A DNA stretch of 64,000 nucleotides from Dictyostelium discoideum (taxonomy: Eukaryota). The DNA lies in contig CM000152.2 in NCBI GenBank assembly GCA_000004695.1, forward strand, positions 1,376,001 through 1,440,000. The letters run 5' to 3'. Shown here one piece after another: positions 59,303 to 64,000 of this stretch. Both the position numbers and the translations under genes were made by a program. The notes beneath the pieces are model-generated. The model saw nothing but the letters and a program-made list of their open reading frames with translations. It did no database searches and was not told where the DNA came from. Position 1 is the first letter of the stretch. Each line of letters starts with the position of its first letter.

Positions 59303-59389
59303 ATACTTTTTTTTTGACTTTCAAACCTTTTAAAACATTTTTTTCTATTTTTTTTTTTTTTTTTTTCGTGTCTTTTTTGAAACTTTTTT

Positions 59390-59449
<60 letters not shown>

Positions 59450-59463
59450 TATAATTTTAAAAA

Positions 59464-61785
59464 ATGACAACAATTGATATATTATTTAAAAAAGTTTTCA
59501 AAAATAAAATTTTATTTAATTTAATTTATGGATATGTTCATTGTAAAGAAAGTGTATTAGATTGGACAATTAAAAGTTTATTAGAAAGAAAAGAATTTAA
59601 AAAATTTGAAGAAATTATTAATTGTAATTTACATTCAAAAATAACTCAAGATAATTGGTATTTTGAATTGAAACCAAAAGAAAGTGACATAATACCTTTA
59701 CTAAATTATAGAGGATTAAAATCATCAACTCTAATACTATTTTATTGTAAATTTAAACACCTTTTTTTTAAAAACAAATTAAAGAATAAAATCATCAGTG
59801 AATCATTAAAAGGTGGAAATTTAGAAATTGTCATGTTTTTACTTGAACAAGGATTTCAATACAAGTTCAGTAAATTTAATGACCATGCTGCTAAATTCCA
59901 TAGCGGATTATTTGAACAGGTTTTAGATTGTGGTAATAGTTTAGATTGTTATAATTTCATTTTGTCAATTCTTCCAAATTTGATAACACCAACACTTTAC
60001 AACCAAGATAGAACAGTTTCATGGCTAATAAAATATTTCTCTGGAAAAAGGTATTATAATATTTATCCAATAATAATACCATTAATAAATACTGCAATTG
60101 GTCTTGCATATGCAATTAAAATTAGTTTTCAAAATTTAGATCTCAAATTATCAAATCAAATCATTATTCAAAATAATAAATTAAATTTAATAACAAAATC
60201 ATCAATTATTATAATGATTGCAAAAGATTCAAATTTTATAATGAATAATAAATATTTTAAAATATTTTCAAACTATATATCAAACACCACCACTAATACC
60301 ACTAATACCACCACTGATAATCACTATAATATAAATTTATTTGAAAGAGTTAAAAAAAGTTCATTTTTTAAAGATAAAGTAGTTTATAGTTTAAAATTAT
60401 GGCAAGTTAATGAAGACTTATTAGGATTGATTTGTGGTTGTTATGTACCAAATTCACTTGAGGAATTTAAATTTATGTTAAAGAATGTTTCAAAATTTAA
60501 AACTTGTTTCAGTTCGAGGTATAATCTAATTTTATTAGCTCGACATATATCAAGTGACTTATTGGATTTAGAATATTCAAAATACTTTATCAATGAATAT
60601 TTTCATAATGGTTTTACTATCGATAATAGTGAAAATACAAATCAAGATTATTCAATTTGTGTTCGAATTTTTTGTGATAGTACACCTGAAATTTCATGTT
60701 ATTTTTTAAAAGAGAAAATATCAAAAAGAATGATACCATTAATTTCATCTAGTGATTTATTTTTAAGAGGATCTAGTAGTTCAAATTTTGGTAATTTAAA
60801 AATTTTAAAATATGCTGAAAAGAATTATTCAGTAAAGCCAACTATAGATACTTTACATTCCGCTGTATTAAATGGTTATACGGAAATAATTAAATATCTT
60901 TGTGAAACGTTACCACCGATCTCGTCATTTCCACCACCATTAAGAGTACCTCAATTACAACAAGTATTAATGATGTTAATGACATGTGAAAAAAACAATG
61001 ATTTTCAATCATTTACCACTATTATACAATCTAAATCTATAACGTTTTTTAGATTTGTAGAATCTAAATCTGTTTTAGAATATAAGTTACTTGAAAATAA
61101 AGTAAATTTTAAATCTAAATTTTTAAATCACCTTTTTAAAGAGAAATTAATAGATAGTAAAGCTATATTTAAAAGGTATTGTAAAATTGATTTAAATTTA
61201 TTTTTATTATTTAAATATAATCAAGATTGGATTAATCAAGAATACTTTTTTCAATTAATTCAAGATTCAAATATTCAAATTTTTAATAATATTATACTTG
61301 ATGAATTGTTTTTATCAACTTTTTTAATAACTGATAAATTAAAAGATAAATTTATAATTACATTAATTTCAAATTGTCCAAGAAGATTATTATATTTTAT
61401 TTTAAATTCAAATTATTTATTAGAAATTGGTTTTAATAGAATTTTTAAATATTTAATTTTATTTTCAAATTCACCATCAATCACTATAAATCAATTATTA
61501 TCAATTACCACCATCACCACCGCCAATAATAATAATTTTTATAATAGTTTACTACTTAATTTAATATTATTTTATGATAAAAATTTAAATTTAATTAAAG
61601 AAATTAAATTTTCAAATCAATCTAATAATAATAACAATAATAATAATAATAATTATTATTTTAAAAATTTTAAAGATTTTCTAAATCAAACATTATCTGA
61701 AAAGAGTCAAAAAAAATTTAAAGATAATTATTTTAAAATTTTAAATTCTTCAAATATTTTAAATCAAATTGGTTTTAATTATTAA
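59464..61785 (+). CDS. Hypothetical protein, possibly ankyrin-like, from a lineage-specific family
   Basis: 773-aa uninterrupted ORF of moderate complexity. Segments such as LKGGNLEIVMFLLEQGFQ and LHSAVLNGYTEIIKYLCE resemble ankyrin repeats. There is no other recognisable domain. Confidence 0.5.
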   Translation: MTTIDILFKKVFKNKILFNLIYGYVHCKESVLDWTIKSLLERKEFKKFEEIINCNLHSKITQDNWYFELKPKESDIIPLLNYRGLKSSTLILFYCKFKHLFFKNKLKNKIISESLKGGNLEIVMFLLEQGFQYKFSKFNDHAAKFHSGLFEQVLDCGNSLDCYNFILSILPNLITPTLYNQDRTVSWLIKYFSGKRYYNIYPIIIPLINTAIGLAYAIKISFQNLDLKLSNQIIIQNNKLNLITKSSIIIMIAKDSNFIMNNKYFKIFSNYISNTTTNTTNTTTDNHYNINLFERVKKSSFFKDKVVYSLKLWQVNEDLLGLICGCYVPNSLEEFKFMLKNVSKFKTCFSSRYNLILLARHISSDLLDLEYSKYFINEYFHNGFTIDNSENTNQDYSICVRIFCDSTPEISCYFLKEKISKRMIPLISSSDLFLRGSSSSNFGNLKILKYAEKNYSVKPTIDTLHSAVLNGYTEIIKYLCETLPPISSFPPPLRVPQLQQVLMMLMTCEKNNDFQSFTTIIQSKSITFFRFVESKSVLEYKLLENKVNFKSKFLNHLFKEKLIDSKAIFKRYCKIDLNLFLLFKYNQDWINQEYFFQLIQDSNIQIFNNIILDELFLSTFLITDKLKDKFIITLISNCPRRLLYFILNSNYLLEIGFNRIFKYLILFSNSPSITINQLLSITTITTANNNNFYNSLLLNLILFYDKNLNLIKEIKFSNQSNNNNNNNNNNYYFKNFKDFLNQTLSEKSQKKFKDNYFKILNSSNILNQIGFNY

Positions 61786-61806
61786 AAACTAATTTTTAAA
61801 TAAATA

Positions 61807-61858
<52 letters not shown>

Positions 61859-61953
61859 ATTAAATTATTAAATTTGGTTTTAATATGAAATTAATTATTT
61901 TTATTAATTATTTGTTTATTTTTTTTTTTTTTTTTTTTTTTTTTAATAATTTA

Positions 61954-63078
61954 TTAAAGTTCTGAAGTTGGATTTATTTTTTTCTCAATTCTAATACCTT
62001 CTTGGGAATGTTCTTTAATTTCTTCTTCACCAACTGGATTAATGATTGTTGGTTTATGGAAATGATTTTCTAAAATGATTGGTTCATTATTATTGAGGAC
62101 AATCTTATTACTAATTTCATGGTTAACTAAACGATGATCGGATTCGTCTTGTCTAATTACCAAGATTAAGTCTCTTAAAGTTGCGTCTTCTGGAAGACCC
62201 CAATATTCAATGGCGATTTGTGGAGCTTTATAATTTGGAACTTTACCAGAATCAATATCTTCCAACATATGAGTATAGGTAACTACTGCTTGTTCTTCAA
62301 GATAACCTGTGAAACGATGTGCTGTCTTTGGTGATAATACATAAAATACCAAGAATAAATTCCAATAAATTGCTTGAGTAACTGCTACCATACCTCTTTC
62401 AAGTAATGTTGGTTTGGTAAGCTCCATAAATGATAAAAGATGCATTCTCTCATTCTCCATTTCATCCATTAATATTTTAATCCAATTATTACTTTGCATA
62501 TTTCTTAATGTTTTTAAATGTAAAAACATACCAGCAACTAAACCTGGAACAGCTATTTTAATTTTTAAAAAAAAAAAAATAAAAATAAAAAAAAAAAAAA
62601 AAAAATTAAAAAATTAATATATTAAATATTTAAATAATAATAAATTATAAATAATAAACTTACCAGCAACAGTTTCTAAAACAATTGCATAATGTAAAAA
62701 CTTTTCTTTAAAGAATAAATTTGAAAATTTTCTTAAAAATAAAACAGAGAATTTTGCAAAGTTATCAGATAAACTTTTAGCTTCATAGGATGGTGGCATT
62801 ACGAAATCTTTTTCAATTTTAATTAAAACATCACGTGGAGTAAAGGAATACAATGTTGAATTTCTATGGTAAAGTGGATTTTGAGGCTTTTCACTTCTTT
62901 TATCGAGCATTACTTTACTTGATGAGAATGATGAAAAACTTCTAATTGAACTATTAATTGAAATACTGGTTGAAGCTAATCCATTATTACTATTTAAGGT
63001 ATTACCTTTTGAAATTGAATTTAATAATAATTTATTTAAATTATTATTTTTATTTAAAACTGTTACGTATTTGAACAT
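61954..63078 (-). CDS. aoxA: Alternative oxidase, mitochondrial, 2 exons (63078..62664, 62552..61954)
   Basis: Exon 1 ends ..HYAIVLETVA+g at a GTAAGT donor. The acceptor is AAAATAG (AG at 62554-62553). Spliced, it reads [50 protein letters not shown]...YLEEQAVVTYTH...VIRQDESDHRLVNHEI. These are the AOX di-iron motifs (LET, NERMHL, LEEEA-like, RADE..H). Confidence 0.9.
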
Positions 63079-64000
63079 TTTCTTTTTTTTTTTTTTTTTT
63101 TTTTTTTATTTATATATATCTTTGATTATGTTTTTTTTTTTTTTTTTTTTTAAGTTTTTAGGAGAAAAAAAAAAAAAAAATTTACTTATAAATAATTTTA
63201 TTAATAAACCGATTATTTATTTTTATTTGTATTTTAATAAAATGAAAAAAAAAAAAAATTATCGGGCCTTAAATATTTTCATCATAAATTGTTTTTTTTT
63301 TTTAATTTATTAAAAATTAATTAAAAAATTATTTTTTTTATTTTTTTTTTTTTTAATTGGTTATTAATCAACATGACACGAAATTTTTGGTTGTGGTTTG
63401 AAAATAGATATTTTTATGGTTTTTTTTTTTATTGGTTAATAAAAAATATAAAAAAAATGAAAAAAAAAAAAAAATAAAAAAAAAAATATAACTTTTGCAG
63501 ATCAACACTGCTTATTTAATCGAAAGAGTATAAATTTTTTAATTTCGAAGGTAGATAAAAAGTCAAAACTATCCAAACCGTAAAAATTTTTTTCATTTTT
63601 TTTTTTTTTTTTTTTTTTGGGACAAGTCACTGAAATTTCATATTTTATTTTATGGAATATGATTCTATAAATAAATATGTTTTTTAATTATTCCACAAAT
63701 AAATAAATAAATAGAAGAAGCGAATAGAATAGAATCAAAATCAAAATCAAAACAATAAAAATAAAAAATTAACTGGGGGTATATTTTGCAATAATAACAA
63801 CACATTTCCTTTTTTAATCTTTTTTTTTTTCTCTCTATTCATCCTTTAAAATTAAATTTATTTTTTATTTTTTATTTTTTTATTTAATTTACAAATATTT
63901 TTTTTTATTACTTTTTTTAAAATGAATAAAAAAAAAAAGAAAAAAATAAAATAATACATTATTATTGCTACTATCATTAATATTATTATTATTATTATTA

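Overview
Eukaryotic nuclear DNA, very likely Dictyostelium discoideum or a close dictyostelid. It is strongly AT-rich with long homopolymer A/T tracts and abundant AAT, ATT and CAA microsatellites. The genes are compact with short AT-rich GTAAGT..AG introns, and the proteins carry poly-Asn/Gln/Ser tracts. I support about 28 protein-coding genes on both strands. Those I recognise with confidence are rpl9 (uL6), repB (XPB/ERCC3), a PARP1-like gene, aoxA (alternative oxidase), a PHYHD1-like dioxygenase, a USP39/Sad1-like splicing factor, a deoxynucleoside kinase, a Nudix hydrolase, a PGAM-like phosphatase, two kinase-like genes, a FNIP-repeat protein, a DEX1-like FG-GAP protein and a TCAIM-like protein. 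There is one tRNA-Lys(UUU) with a downstream ex-B box. About 48 bp upstream of the tRNA 5' end sit two copies of a ~300-bp interspersed repeat, consistent with a TRE5-type tRNA-targeted retroelement remnant. A 100-N assembly gap lies inside a coding 9-bp tandem repeat. I found no prokaryotic-style systems (no CRISPR, operons or rRNA). Many six-frame ORFs are antisense or low-complexity artefacts. Several listed ORFs are exons of one gene, or read in frame through short introns. Splice coordinates are hand-derived and may be off by 1-2 nt.
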